Virus record (IMG/VR): IMGVR_UViG_3300017914_002582
Span: 3,526-67,525 of that record
Reading direction: 5' to 3' (one strand)
Length of the DNA: 64,000 nt
Origin: a virus
Taxonomy: Duplodnaviria > Caudoviricetes
The notes below the pieces were generated by a model. It did not search any database, had not been told where the DNA came from, and saw nothing but the letters and a program-made list of their open reading frames with translations. Shown in pieces: positions 40,401-49,513 of the stretch. A program made the position numbers and the translations under genes. The first letter of the stretch is position 1; each line of letters begins with the position of its first letter.

Positions 40401-41303
40401 ATGGCATTTGCTAGTACAATAGTGCGTGGGCCGAACACAAACCAACCTCCTAGATTTTTGGACAACCAAGATGGGACTGTTACTGACACGGTATCTAATT
40501 TGATGTGGCCGAAAACACTACCTAGTGCTATTACAAGTGCAAGACCACAATCAACAGTAGACGCCGGGATAAATTTGTTAAATTCAAGTAGATTCTTAGG
40601 TTATAATGATTGGAGATTACCTGAATATCAAGATGAAGCATGGCAATCAGTTCCAAGGGTTGCAATTGGTAGCAATGAAATCGATACACTATTTAGCGGT
40701 ATTCCGATAGACCGAAATTATTGGGTTCAACAGACAGAAAATCAAAATAATCCATATTATCTAGCTTCGCCAAACGATCTAAATCCATCTTGGATGTTAC
40801 ATAGATCACACAGAAGTGATGTACGAGCTTGGGTATGGCCCGTCAGAACTGTTACAGGTAAGACACCAGACTACTATAACGGCGGACTTAGATGGAACCG
40901 AGCTTTTCTTAGTAATCTTGTTCCGCGGGCGGATGTATATTCTAGAGCAGAAATACGAGAAGGTTTCTATAACAGGGCCGACAATGGCTATTTTCAGATT
41001 AATCTTCTTCAGTTAGGTGATCGCTTTATGAAAACCGCAGGTGAATTTAGAATACAAATAACTTTTGGTAGAGAGAAGCGACAATGGGATGGTTATGAAG
41101 ATGCAATGCCAACAACACATAACATACAAACCGCTAATAATTCTATAACTGTAACAAACATGAATTTAGGAAGCGCATTATTTACATTATACTTCAAAGA
41201 TGTAAATGCTGAGCATGCTGGATTTCCTCGCAATGTTTATAGAAAAAAAATATGGATTGGAATGGAATACTCCAATAAAGTGTCTAAGTACACTATTAGT
41301 TAA
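40401..41303 (+). CDS. DUF1566 (Lcl C-terminal-like) domain protein, probably fibre-associated
   Basis: RFLDNQDGTVTDTVSNLMW, LGYNDWRLP and NYW match the DUF1566 pattern; GGAG RBS. Confidence 0.72.
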   Translation: MAFASTIVRGPNTNQPPRFLDNQDGTVTDTVSNLMWPKTLPSAITSARPQSTVDAGINLLNSSRFLGYNDWRLPEYQDEAWQSVPRVAIGSNEIDTLFSGIPIDRNYWVQQTENQNNPYYLASPNDLNPSWMLHRSHRSDVRAWVWPVRTVTGKTPDYYNGGLRWNRAFLSNLVPRADVYSRAEIREGFYNRADNGYFQINLLQLGDRFMKTAGEFRIQITFGREKRQWDGYEDAMPTTHNIQTANNSITVTNMNLGSALFTLYFKDVNAEHAGFPRNVYRKKIWIGMEYSNKVSKYTIS

Positions 41304-41308
41304 TATTT

Positions 41309-41890
41309 ATGAGTGAAAAATATTGCATAGTATATAATGAAAAAGTTTTATGCCGAGGCCTGTTAAAAGATCATGGCGAAAACATTCGTATAGAAGAGTA
41401 TCATACTAAAGAGATAAAGTTGTATGATCCAAGTGAAGTAATTCTTTGCACTTCTAACAAAACATGGTTTCACAAGTGCTACGATTTTATTGAAAACGCA
41501 CGGTCGAATAAAATATTTCTAGAGAAAGATATAGAAAAAATATATTCTTCTTTTACTCCTGCTACTACATATTATAGACTTTCTGGTTTAAGAAGTCTAG
41601 GTATAACAGATTTAGACGATATAAATGATCTATCGTTTGAACAGCTTAAAGATATCATATTGAGAATGATTGATAAAAAACTTTTGCAACAACACAAGTA
41701 TATCGAAAAGGATAGAGACTTAGAGAGGCCTGAAAAGGATATGCTTAAGAAAATCGTAGTTGATGCAAAGGATACATATCTTACGTTCGTTGAAAAAACT
41801 AATTCTAGGAGAGAACTGTTAGAACACTTGCCAAGTTGTTTCCATGATGAAATATACTACATAGATAAGATTATAGGTGCATTTGATTAA
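41309..41890 (+). CDS. Hypothetical protein, 193 aa
   Basis: ORF only; tightly packed with both neighbours; no motif recognised. Confidence 0.6.
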   Translation: MSEKYCIVYNEKVLCRGLLKDHGENIRIEEYHTKEIKLYDPSEVILCTSNKTWFHKCYDFIENARSNKIFLEKDIEKIYSSFTPATTYYRLSGLRSLGITDLDDINDLSFEQLKDIILRMIDKKLLQQHKYIEKDRDLERPEKDMLKKIVVDAKDTYLTFVEKTNSRRELLEHLPSCFHDEIYYIDKIIGAFD

Positions 41891-42495
41891 TGAAGATATG
41901 CCTTGTAACATTTTCCGATGTTTACTATAAAACAATCTTAAAACCTCTTACACGTTCAAAAGAAAAGTATTGTGAGATGCATGGCTATGATTTCTTTCAC
42001 GAATCTATTGAATTAAACTTAACAAAATCGTACAAAGAATATGACTTAGGTTGGGAAAAGCTTAGGCTTGTTGACAAATATTTTGCTACTTATGACTTGG
42101 TTTATATAACAGATATAGATACCGCAATACTAGATTTTTCCGTTAAGCTAGAAGACCTCATAGAAAGTAAAGATATGGTAGTATCTGAACTACAAGATGG
42201 GTTTATTACTTTGGGCGGTGCGCTTTGGAGAAAGACAGATAACACAAAAGATATATTAAATACTTTATTGTCTTTTAAAAATCAAAAGGGGTGGCTAACT
42301 GAAGAAACGGAGTTTAATAATTTGCCTCTAAAAAAATATGATATATGTATTGACAATCGTATAAATTATTTGTATAATATACATAGAGACCTAAACCCAA
42401 TACTTATTCATTATGCAGGGGTGGTAAATCCGTATATAATAAAACAGAAATATGAAAAGACACTTAGTACAACCAGAAAACAAATACGATCTTAG
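41890..42495 (+). CDS. Glycosyltransferase, GT-A fold, GT34 (GMA12/MNN10)-like
   Basis: KEKYCEMHGYDF, WEKLRLV, YDLVYITDID (DxD motif), ILIHYAG. Confidence 0.78.
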   Translation: MKICLVTFSDVYYKTILKPLTRSKEKYCEMHGYDFFHESIELNLTKSYKEYDLGWEKLRLVDKYFATYDLVYITDIDTAILDFSVKLEDLIESKDMVVSELQDGFITLGGALWRKTDNTKDILNTLLSFKNQKGWLTEETEFNNLPLKKYDICIDNRINYLYNIHRDLNPILIHYAGVVNPYIIKQKYEKTLSTTRKQIRS

Positions 42496-43321
42496 GTATT
42501 CGCGAAACGAGTGTGTATTCCCATCCTTTGCAGATAAAGTTCTTAAAGAGATTAAATTTAATCCGTCTGACTTGTGTCAGTATGATTCATCTTATCAAGT
42601 CTTAAATAATATTGCAACCAAACTTAATTGTGATATTAACACTATTTCTGCTCATAATGGTTCCGAATGTGTAATACGATCAATTGCAGAAGAACTATCA
42701 GCTGAAAAATGGGTATTTACAAACCCAACCTTTGAGCTTGCTAAATATTACATTTCGAGGTATTCTCAATACGAAGTAGTTGACTATATATACAATGACG
42801 GATTTTCATTGTCTTTCGATTCTATTAAAGATAAAAAAGATAAAACTTTATACATCGTGTCGCCACACAATCCCACTGGCTGTGTCCATAACATTGAAGC
42901 TTTGTGCAATGAATTTAAGTATGTGATTCTTGATGAAGCTTATGTAAATCCCCTGTCTCCTTTACCTGTATTTGATAACCTAATAACTATCAGAACATTT
43001 AGCAAGATGGGGTTACTTAGTGGTGTTCGGTTTGGTTTTTGTCATGGCCCAGTTGATCTTATTGAAAGAATAAACAGCATTAGACCAATGTATATGTCTT
43101 CAATGACAAACAAACTTGTTAATCATATTATTGACAATGACATAACTGACAAATTAGAGCTTTATATAAAAAACGACATCCTGCCAAAATATTCTAAATA
43201 CAATCCGATATTACATTGCGGTAATTTTATTCTACTAAAGAATGATCCGATTGGCAACCTAAAGAAATATGTATTTGGAAATCATGTATTTTGGAGAATG
43301 ACACTGAATGAATTTAATTAG
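42452..43321 (+). CDS. PLP-dependent class I/II enzyme (HisC aminotransferase / CobD decarboxylase-like)
   Basis: NGSECVI, SPHNPTG, ILDEAY, and IRTFSKMGLLSGVRFGF containing the PLP lysine motif. Confidence 0.88.
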   Translation: MKRHLVQPENKYDLRYSRNECVFPSFADKVLKEIKFNPSDLCQYDSSYQVLNNIATKLNCDINTISAHNGSECVIRSIAEELSAEKWVFTNPTFELAKYYISRYSQYEVVDYIYNDGFSLSFDSIKDKKDKTLYIVSPHNPTGCVHNIEALCNEFKYVILDEAYVNPLSPLPVFDNLITIRTFSKMGLLSGVRFGFCHGPVDLIERINSIRPMYMSSMTNKLVNHIIDNDITDKLELYIKNDILPKYSKYNPILHCGNFILLKNDPIGNLKKYVFGNHVFWRMTLNEFN

Positions 43322-44000
43322 CACTTACTTTACATCTGACAGTGAAGAGTTAAACGATCACTATACTAATGTATTGCTACCGTTGTGGTATAAAACAAAT
43401 TCTAAGTATTTTGATGAAATAACAATTTTTACTAATGCTCCAGATAGAATACCGTTCTCCTGTACCATTCTTGAAAGAACTAAGGAACATGCTTTGTTAG
43501 GGGTTTCAAGCCAAAATGTAAACATAATGTCAACACAGATAGGTTGTTGGCAAGAGTATCTTTATTCATATTTAAAAGATAACGAAGTGGCAATATATCT
43601 TGACCCAGATGCCTTTATGCTAAATGATAAGTTGATCGGTTGTGCACAGAATACTAAACACTACAAAATGACAAAGAAGAAAACACCGTATTTTGAAGCA
43701 GACGCTGGGATTAGTATTTTTCGTAGAACTCCAGAAACATTAAAATATATTGACACCATTGTAGAAGCATATAAAGAGAATCCATTTGAAAAGTCAATTG
43801 CCGAGATAACACATTATAAAATGCACAAAGGCCAAAGTGAATACTATATACCTTGGAAAGATGTTACAATATCTTTGAGGGGTGAAGCAAGTGGTGATAA
43901 CATAGATTGTATTCACGGTTGCACTGAATCAACCCGAATCGATCAATCAATAAAATCTGCAATTCTTAAAAAAGAGTTACTTCGCAATCTTGTTTATTAA
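43308..44000 (+). CDS. Putative nucleotide-diphospho-sugar transferase (GT-A-like)
   Basis: AIYLDPDAF (DxD after a hydrophobic strand), ADAGISIFR, CIHG near the end; flanked by glycosyltransferases. Confidence 0.6.
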   Translation: MNLISTYFTSDSEELNDHYTNVLLPLWYKTNSKYFDEITIFTNAPDRIPFSCTILERTKEHALLGVSSQNVNIMSTQIGCWQEYLYSYLKDNEVAIYLDPDAFMLNDKLIGCAQNTKHYKMTKKKTPYFEADAGISIFRRTPETLKYIDTIVEAYKENPFEKSIAEITHYKMHKGQSEYYIPWKDVTISLRGEASGDNIDCIHGCTESTRIDQSIKSAILKKELLRNLVY

Positions 44001-44636
44001 TTTATCGACATGCGTTACTAGTTTCTTTTTACGGAGGAGCCCTAATTCAAAATACTGGTCTGGCTCTTGTATTACAGGTTTTTTATACGGAACAAAGGTG
44101 TCTTCCAAGTTATGATAATAGTGTGTACCTTTGTATCCGCTATCGAATCCCATATAGTAAACTTTATAGTTATGCTCTAATGCCTGATAGATAGCTGTCA
44201 TGCCAACTGTAGAGGACTTTGTGTATTTTATTGGCTTTACTTTTACTACTTTGTGGTGTAAATTTCTAACTTGTTTAAAGTCATAGAACATAGAGCGTTC
44301 ATAGTCATTTGCATTTCTCCAGATTTCTCTTATTGAAGAGTGTTTGATACAGTCATATATACGTTGTCTTTTATTTTTTAATTCTGTTTCATCATACCAC
44401 TTGTCCCACGCAAGTTTTTCTTCTTCTGAATTTAAACATTCTCTATACGAATACTTTTTAAATTCTAGTCCAGGCGCAACAAGCATATTTGGATTGCCGA
44501 TATACTCTTTGAACTCATCAAGGAAATATAGTTGATACTTAATTATCATTATATTATCAAAGAGCTGATTGATTTGTTCGCCTCTCTTCTTATCAAGTAC
44601 GTCCATACCTGACCCAATAATTAAAATGTTTTTCAT
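43977..44636 (-). CDS. GT29 (sialyltransferase)-like glycosyltransferase
   Basis: ILIIGSGMDVLDKKRGEQINQLFDNIMII (L-motif-like), STVGMTAIYQAL...VYYMGFD (S-motif-like), THYYH. Confidence 0.68.
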   Translation of the reverse strand: MKNILIIGSGMDVLDKKRGEQINQLFDNIMIIKYQLYFLDEFKEYIGNPNMLVAPGLEFKKYSYRECLNSEEEKLAWDKWYDETELKNKRQRIYDCIKHSSIREIWRNANDYERSMFYDFKQVRNLHHKVVKVKPIKYTKSSTVGMTAIYQALEHNYKVYYMGFDSGYKGTHYYHNLEDTFVPYKKPVIQEPDQYFELGLLRKKKLVTHVDKLINKIAK

Positions 44637-45586
44637 ACCAGTCTTACTTTCGGGTTTGTGTTTGTTCTAACTACGATGTCTTCGTTAGTCATATCTTTAT
44701 GTGCTGGGTTGTCACTATATACAATGCTAGTTTCGTGTTTATTGCATAATAACTGATCGCAGTTGTCACAATATGAGTATTTGCTATAATCATTATCTAT
44801 ATGTGCTTGTCTAAGTTTATTATAAGCATCACCGTTTAAAATGTCTATGATTGTATCTTTTGACGCATCACCTAATACTATGTTTTCATTATAGTCATAA
44901 CAACATGGAACTACAATTCCTGACCAGTTTATTTGAAGAGGGCCAGACTGCGGTCTACCACACGTTGTTTTATTAGTATTGAGCTCTCGAAAGTTTCTAC
45001 CATTACCAAAATTATGAGGTTTCCAAATCTCATAGTAATCAACTACGTCTTTAAAGATTTTGGGATAAGATTCTACTGTCTCATTTCCATCGAAGTCAAG
45101 TAAGTAATGGCTTACTTCACACGCACCTTTATGTTTTTTAAGAAGTTCTATGTTTGAAAGGACATTTTTAAAGTTCCCACCTACCATAGTGTTTGAGTAT
45201 TTAGTTTCTGTATTCCCATAGAAACTTAAACGTAGCTCATCAAGTCCGTTCTCTATTGCACATTGAATTTTTGTTTTAGATGTATCATATCTTGAGGGTT
45301 GGTGAAACAGAGAAGCATTACTTATAACATAGGTTAGTAAGCCGTGGGATTTTGCAATCTTAATTTTAAGTTCTAGAGTCGGATCGGCAAAAGGTTCTCC
45401 ATAACCAGTCAATACTACTTTTTTAGCACCGAGCTCAGTAATTTGTTGGATTATAGAAATATATAAATCCATATTCATAATACTTTGAGGGCGGGTGTGT
45501 TTATCTCTAGGGCACATTACACAGCTGTAGTTGCACAGATTAGTTGGTTCTATTCTAACCTCTTCGTTTACTAAGCGTGTGACCAT
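44633..45586 (-). CDS. Radical SAM protein with SPASM/Twitch domain
   Basis: EPTNLCNYSCVMCP (CxxxCxxC), GYGEPFAD, CGRP...INWSGIVVPCCYD, YCDNCD. Start taken at MVTRL (45586). Confidence 0.92.
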   Translation of the reverse strand: MVTRLVNEEVRIEPTNLCNYSCVMCPRDKHTRPQSIMNMDLYISIIQQITELGAKKVVLTGYGEPFADPTLELKIKIAKSHGLLTYVISNASLFHQPSRYDTSKTKIQCAIENGLDELRLSFYGNTETKYSNTMVGGNFKNVLSNIELLKKHKGACEVSHYLLDFDGNETVESYPKIFKDVVDYYEIWKPHNFGNGRNFRELNTNKTTCGRPQSGPLQINWSGIVVPCCYDYNENIVLGDASKDTIIDILNGDAYNKLRQAHIDNDYSKYSYCDNCDQLLCNKHETSIVYSDNPAHKDMTNEDIVVRTNTNPKVRLV

Positions 45587-46401
45587 AATTCTCCACACTC
45601 CATGCCATTTATATCACACTTATTGCAAGGTGTTAAATCATTTCTTTTTGTACTAGTCATACTTTTAACAAAGTCTTTAAACCTATCACTTTGTAGATAC
45701 TCTTCTACGTTCATATCTTTTACGTTATATGTTTTATCTTTGCTTATATCTGCTTCACGATGCCAATCAGACATACAGAGTAAGTACTGCCCATTCCAAT
45801 CTATCTTTATTTTGTAGAATGGTACATAACATGGACGATCTAAAGTATTACCTTTATGCCCTTGTATTTCAGCTGAACCGGCCCTGTTATAGTAATTAAG
45901 ACTTTCTATAGTTTTAGCATATACTTTGTTTAAGATTACTTCTTTTTTATCTAGGTTAGTAGATTCACTAAAGGTATCTACGATTGTGTATTGACTGTGC
46001 TTAAACATTTCCATCATAAACTCATATTGGTGTGGGCCGTCATAAAGATCGACTTTAAACTCTTGAACATTTAATTTTTCAAACTTGTTTATTAGTTCAA
46101 GATTCAGTCTGTCACCATTTGTTATTATTTTAATTGGATATTTTTTAGATAAAATCTTAATGCCTTCTAGTAACTGTTTAGCATAAAGAGGGTCACCAAA
46201 TCCAGCATTTGATATAATTCCGTTAAAGATGGTAGATTCTAATGATCTTAAAATATCATAGTATGTGTTAGGCGTCATGTATTGATCGAAACGGTTTGGA
46301 TAAACTTCTGGATCATGTCTAGGGCAGAACCAACACCGGCGGTTACAGATTTCGGTTACATTCAGCTCTACTATTTTAATATTTTCAGCGTATGTCATCA
46401 A
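45571..46401 (-). CDS. Radical SAM protein with SPASM/Twitch domain
   Basis: ELNVTEICNRRCWFCP (CxxxCxxC), GFGDPL, ITNGD, YYNRAG, PCYVPF...IDWNGQYLLCMSDW, PCNKCD. Confidence 0.92.
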   Translation of the reverse strand: MMTYAENIKIVELNVTEICNRRCWFCPRHDPEVYPNRFDQYMTPNTYYDILRSLESTIFNGIISNAGFGDPLYAKQLLEGIKILSKKYPIKIITNGDRLNLELINKFEKLNVQEFKVDLYDGPHQYEFMMEMFKHSQYTIVDTFSESTNLDKKEVILNKVYAKTIESLNYYNRAGSAEIQGHKGNTLDRPCYVPFYKIKIDWNGQYLLCMSDWHREADISKDKTYNVKDMNVEEYLQSDRFKDFVKSMTSTKRNDLTPCNKCDINGMECGELWSHA

Positions 46402-47026
46402 TATGTTTTATCTTATTTTCATTTACTAATTTTTTTATTAACATACTTTCGGTGAGGTAATCACCTTGTGCATGTATCATTGTCATCACATTCTCTGGCA
46501 TACTTTCATCGTAGTAGTGATGGCCTTTTCGATACGAATCTATCCCCATGTAGTACACTTCTGAATACATTTTCATAGCCCGAACCAAACTTTGTAAACC
46601 AAGAGAGTGATGTTGTTTGCCTGGCAAAATCGGATTAACTATATTATGAAACTCGATGTTTTCTGGTATTTCAAAGTCTAATTCGTTTCTGTTTTCATTG
46701 CTGTTACACCAAACCTCGCGAATGTTACTATGTTTAAGTATGTCATGCACTAGTAACTTATGTTCATCTATTGGGTCAAACAACTTGCTATGTCTAGCAC
46801 CCCATGCGGGTAAATCTTCTAAGAGAGTTTCATTATCTTTTATATCTTTTGGAGAAGACCACCCGCAAGTTCCCCAAATGTTTGGATTGCCGATATATTT
46901 TCGATGAGAAGACAGATTAAATAGTGTTTTATTGCATATTAGCACGTCATCAAACGTAGCTTCTATAAATTCACCACGTTCACACTTAGTCACATCAACG
47001 CCATTACCTATTATAAGTATTTTCAT
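46385..47026 (-). CDS. GT29 (sialyltransferase)-like glycosyltransferase, second copy
   Basis: MKILIIGNGVDV...RGEFIE..FDDVLICN, HSLGLQSLVRAM..YSEVYYMGID, HHYYD. Paralogous to 43977-44636, sharing YIGNPN. Start taken at 47026. Confidence 0.68.
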   Translation of the reverse strand: MKILIIGNGVDVTKCERGEFIEATFDDVLICNKTLFNLSSHRKYIGNPNIWGTCGWSSPKDIKDNETLLEDLPAWGARHSKLFDPIDEHKLLVHDILKHSNIREVWCNSNENRNELDFEIPENIEFHNIVNPILPGKQHHSLGLQSLVRAMKMYSEVYYMGIDSYRKGHHYYDESMPENVMTMIHAQGDYLTESMLIKKLVNENKIKHIDDIR

Positions 47027-47039
47027 GCTATCTTGTAAC

Positions 47040-47057
47040 TTATTTATATATAAATAA
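47040..47057. promoter_or_regulatory. Back-to-back late promoters forming an 18 bp palindrome
   Basis: TTATTTATATATAAATAA contains TATAAATA on the minus strand (47041-47048, toward the GT/rSAM genes) and on the plus strand (47049-47056, toward gp13). Confidence 0.85.
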
Positions 47058-47061
47058 AGGT

Positions 47062-47874
47062 ATGTCACAGCCAAATTCTAGACAAACATTAGTTGATTAT
47101 TGTTTACGTGCTCTCGGGGCACCAGTAATTGAGATTAACGTAGACGATGACCAGTTAGGTGATCGCCTAGATGAAGCCTTACAGTTTTATCAAGAGTATC
47201 ATTCAGATGCCACTATTCGCAGATTTAGAAAATACACTCTTACGGCAGATGATATAACAAACCAATACATCACAATACCAGATACATATCTGACAATAAC
47301 GCGGGTGTTACCATTTGATTCTAACGGTGCAGGAACTGGTGATTTCAATATCGAGTATCAGATGATGCTAAACGATATCTATGATCTTCGGGCACCCCAA
47401 CATTCGATGCTTAACTATACTATGACACACCAGCATCTAGCGCTTATTGACCAAGTATTTGATGGTAAAGACCAGACGGTTCGTTACAATAGACATATCA
47501 ATAAATTATTTATTGAAACACGGTGGGGGACTGATATCAAAGAGGGTTCTATTATTGTGTTTGAAGGTTATGAAGCAATCGTACCAAGAACTTCACACAC
47601 AGCAACTACATACGGCTCTGGTTATGACGCAGACGCACCGACTGAAGCAACGTCAACACAAATTTATAACGACATGTTTTTGAAAAAATATCTAACTGCT
47701 CTTATTAAAAAACAATGGGGTATTAATCTTAAAAAGTTTGAGGGTATACAGCTTCCAGGCGGAGTAACACTTAATGGCCAACAAATCTTTGATGAAGCAG
47801 TTGAAGAGATAAATAGGCTGGAAGAAGAAGTACAACTTAAACATGAGATGCCTCCAGCATTTTATGTAGGATAA
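47062..47874 (+). CDS. gp13: Neck protein gp13
   Basis: SRQTLVDYCLRALGAPVIEINVDDDQ, WGINLKKFEGIQLPGGVTLNGQQIFDEA. Confidence 0.96.
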   Translation: MSQPNSRQTLVDYCLRALGAPVIEINVDDDQLGDRLDEALQFYQEYHSDATIRRFRKYTLTADDITNQYITIPDTYLTITRVLPFDSNGAGTGDFNIEYQMMLNDIYDLRAPQHSMLNYTMTHQHLALIDQVFDGKDQTVRYNRHINKLFIETRWGTDIKEGSIIVFEGYEAIVPRTSHTATTYGSGYDADAPTEATSTQIYNDMFLKKYLTALIKKQWGINLKKFEGIQLPGGVTLNGQQIFDEAVEEINRLEEEVQLKHEMPPAFYVG

Positions 47875-47883
47875 TGATTTACA

Positions 47884-48783
47884 ATGCCAAAGAATACTTA
47901 CTTTACACAAGGTTCTGTTTCAGAACAGAATTTCTATGAAGAGCTTGTAATAGAAGCTATGGGTATTTATGGCACGGACGTATACTATATGCCGCGTCAC
48001 ATTGTGTCGATTGATACTGCAACTAACGAAGTGATAGAATCTAGATTTGATGAATCTCACCTTATTGAAATGTATCTTGAATCTACTGAAGGTTTTGAAG
48101 GTGACGGTACTTTATTAAGCAAGTTTGGTTTAGAAATACGAGACCAAGTAAACTTAGTTGTGGCTAGAAGAACTTTTCTTAACACAATGCAAGAAAGTCA
48201 AGAAGACCGAATCAGACCGACGGAAGGTGACCTAATCTATCTTCCTATGTCAAAATCGTTGTTTGAGATAAAATTCGTTGAACACGAACAGCCTTTTTAT
48301 CAGTTAAAGAATTTACCAGTCTTTAAATTGCAATGTGAAATGTATGAATACAGCGGGGAAGATATCGACACAGGTATCGGACAAGTTGATTCGGTTCAAT
48401 CAATACACGCTGAAAGTACAAGTCTTGAGGTTGAACTTCAAACTGGATCGTTCTTACTTGGTGAAGATTTAACATTTACATTCTCCGATGGAACAACGGC
48501 GGATGGAGAGTTGTTGAGTTGGTTCACTGATGTTTCTCCGTATGTATTTAATGTGGGAACTTTGACCTACACTACTGCTACTGGTGACATTCCCAAGCTT
48601 GGGAAGGATGTTACTTTTGTAGGAAAGACTTCCGGAGCAACTGGTAAGATTGTAGAGGACGAAGATTTAACTTCTAATAAATATGACAATGATAAGTTTG
48701 ATGATGCATCAGACTTTGAAGCACTTAATGATAACTACTTAGACTTTAGTGAGTTTAATCCATTCGGAGAGCCAAATGCTTAG
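47884..48783 (+). CDS. gp14: Neck protein gp14
   Basis: SEQNFYEELVIEAMGIYGTDVYYMPR, LSKFGLEIRD, RPTEGDLIYLP, FEIKFVEHEQPFYQL, LDFSEFNPFGE. Confidence 0.96.
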   Translation: MPKNTYFTQGSVSEQNFYEELVIEAMGIYGTDVYYMPRHIVSIDTATNEVIESRFDESHLIEMYLESTEGFEGDGTLLSKFGLEIRDQVNLVVARRTFLNTMQESQEDRIRPTEGDLIYLPMSKSLFEIKFVEHEQPFYQLKNLPVFKLQCEMYEYSGEDIDTGIGQVDSVQSIHAESTSLEVELQTGSFLLGEDLTFTFSDGTTADGELLSWFTDVSPYVFNVGTLTYTTATGDIPKLGKDVTFVGKTSGATGKIVEDEDLTSNKYDNDKFDDASDFEALNDNYLDFSEFNPFGEPNA

Positions 48784-49513
48784 TGGTATACATTTCTATC
48801 ATGCAACCATAAAAAGGATTGTGTCGGTGTTCGGTACATGTTTTAATAACATTATTATCGGACGCTATGACGGTATAAAAATGACTAACACCCAACGTGT
48901 TCCAATATCGTATGGGCCAAGAGAAAAGTTTACTGGTAGAATGAATCAAGACCTCAATGAACAGAGAGTAGCGATCAAGCTCCCTAGGATGTCATTTGAG
49001 ATTACAAGTATTGCATACGATCAAAGTACGAAGTTAAATCGTCTTAATAGAAAATTGACAGACGGCTCAGACACTACGAAAAAGACTACGACATACCAAA
49101 GTGTTCCGTATACACTAGGAATGCAGTTAAATATTCTAGCAAGAAACCAAGAAGATGCACTACAGATTGTCGAACAGATACTTCCAACATTTTCTCCTGA
49201 ATATACGGTTAGTGTAAAAGATATTGATGGGCCGGGTTCTATTACAGACGTGCCAATTATCTTAGACGGCGTAACATTTACTGATGATTACGAAGGAGAC
49301 TTTACTGGAAGAAGAACATTAATATACACACTTGATTTTACAATAAAGGTTAAGTTCTCGCCTGATAGCTCTGAAAATGCTATCATTAGAAAAGTCACAG
49401 CAAATATCTTAGATAACAGTAACGTAACAAGTCTTACGGATTCTAAGATACTAAATACAATTATTGTTAGACCGACGCAGCAAGACTTAGAAGATTTTGG
49501 GTTTTCAGAATAA
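48776..49513 (+). CDS. gp15: Tail sheath stabiliser / terminator gp15
   Basis: HFYHATIKRIVSVFGTCFNNI, VPISYGPREKF, LPRMSFEI, QIVEQILPTFSPEY, RTLIYTLDF. Start at ATG 48776. Confidence 0.96.
   Translation: MLSGIHFYHATIKRIVSVFGTCFNNIIIGRYDGIKMTNTQRVPISYGPREKFTGRMNQDLNEQRVAIKLPRMSFEITSIAYDQSTKLNRLNRKLTDGSDTTKKTTTYQSVPYTLGMQLNILARNQEDALQIVEQILPTFSPEYTVSVKDIDGPGSITDVPIILDGVTFTDDYEGDFTGRRTLIYTLDFTIKVKFSPDSSENAIIRKVTANILDNSNVTSLTDSKILNTIIVRPTQQDLEDFGFSE

Noticed and set aside
40401-41303. Diversity-generating retroelement around the DUF1566 gene
   Set aside because: No reverse transcriptase and no near-identical TR/VR pair seen in this window.
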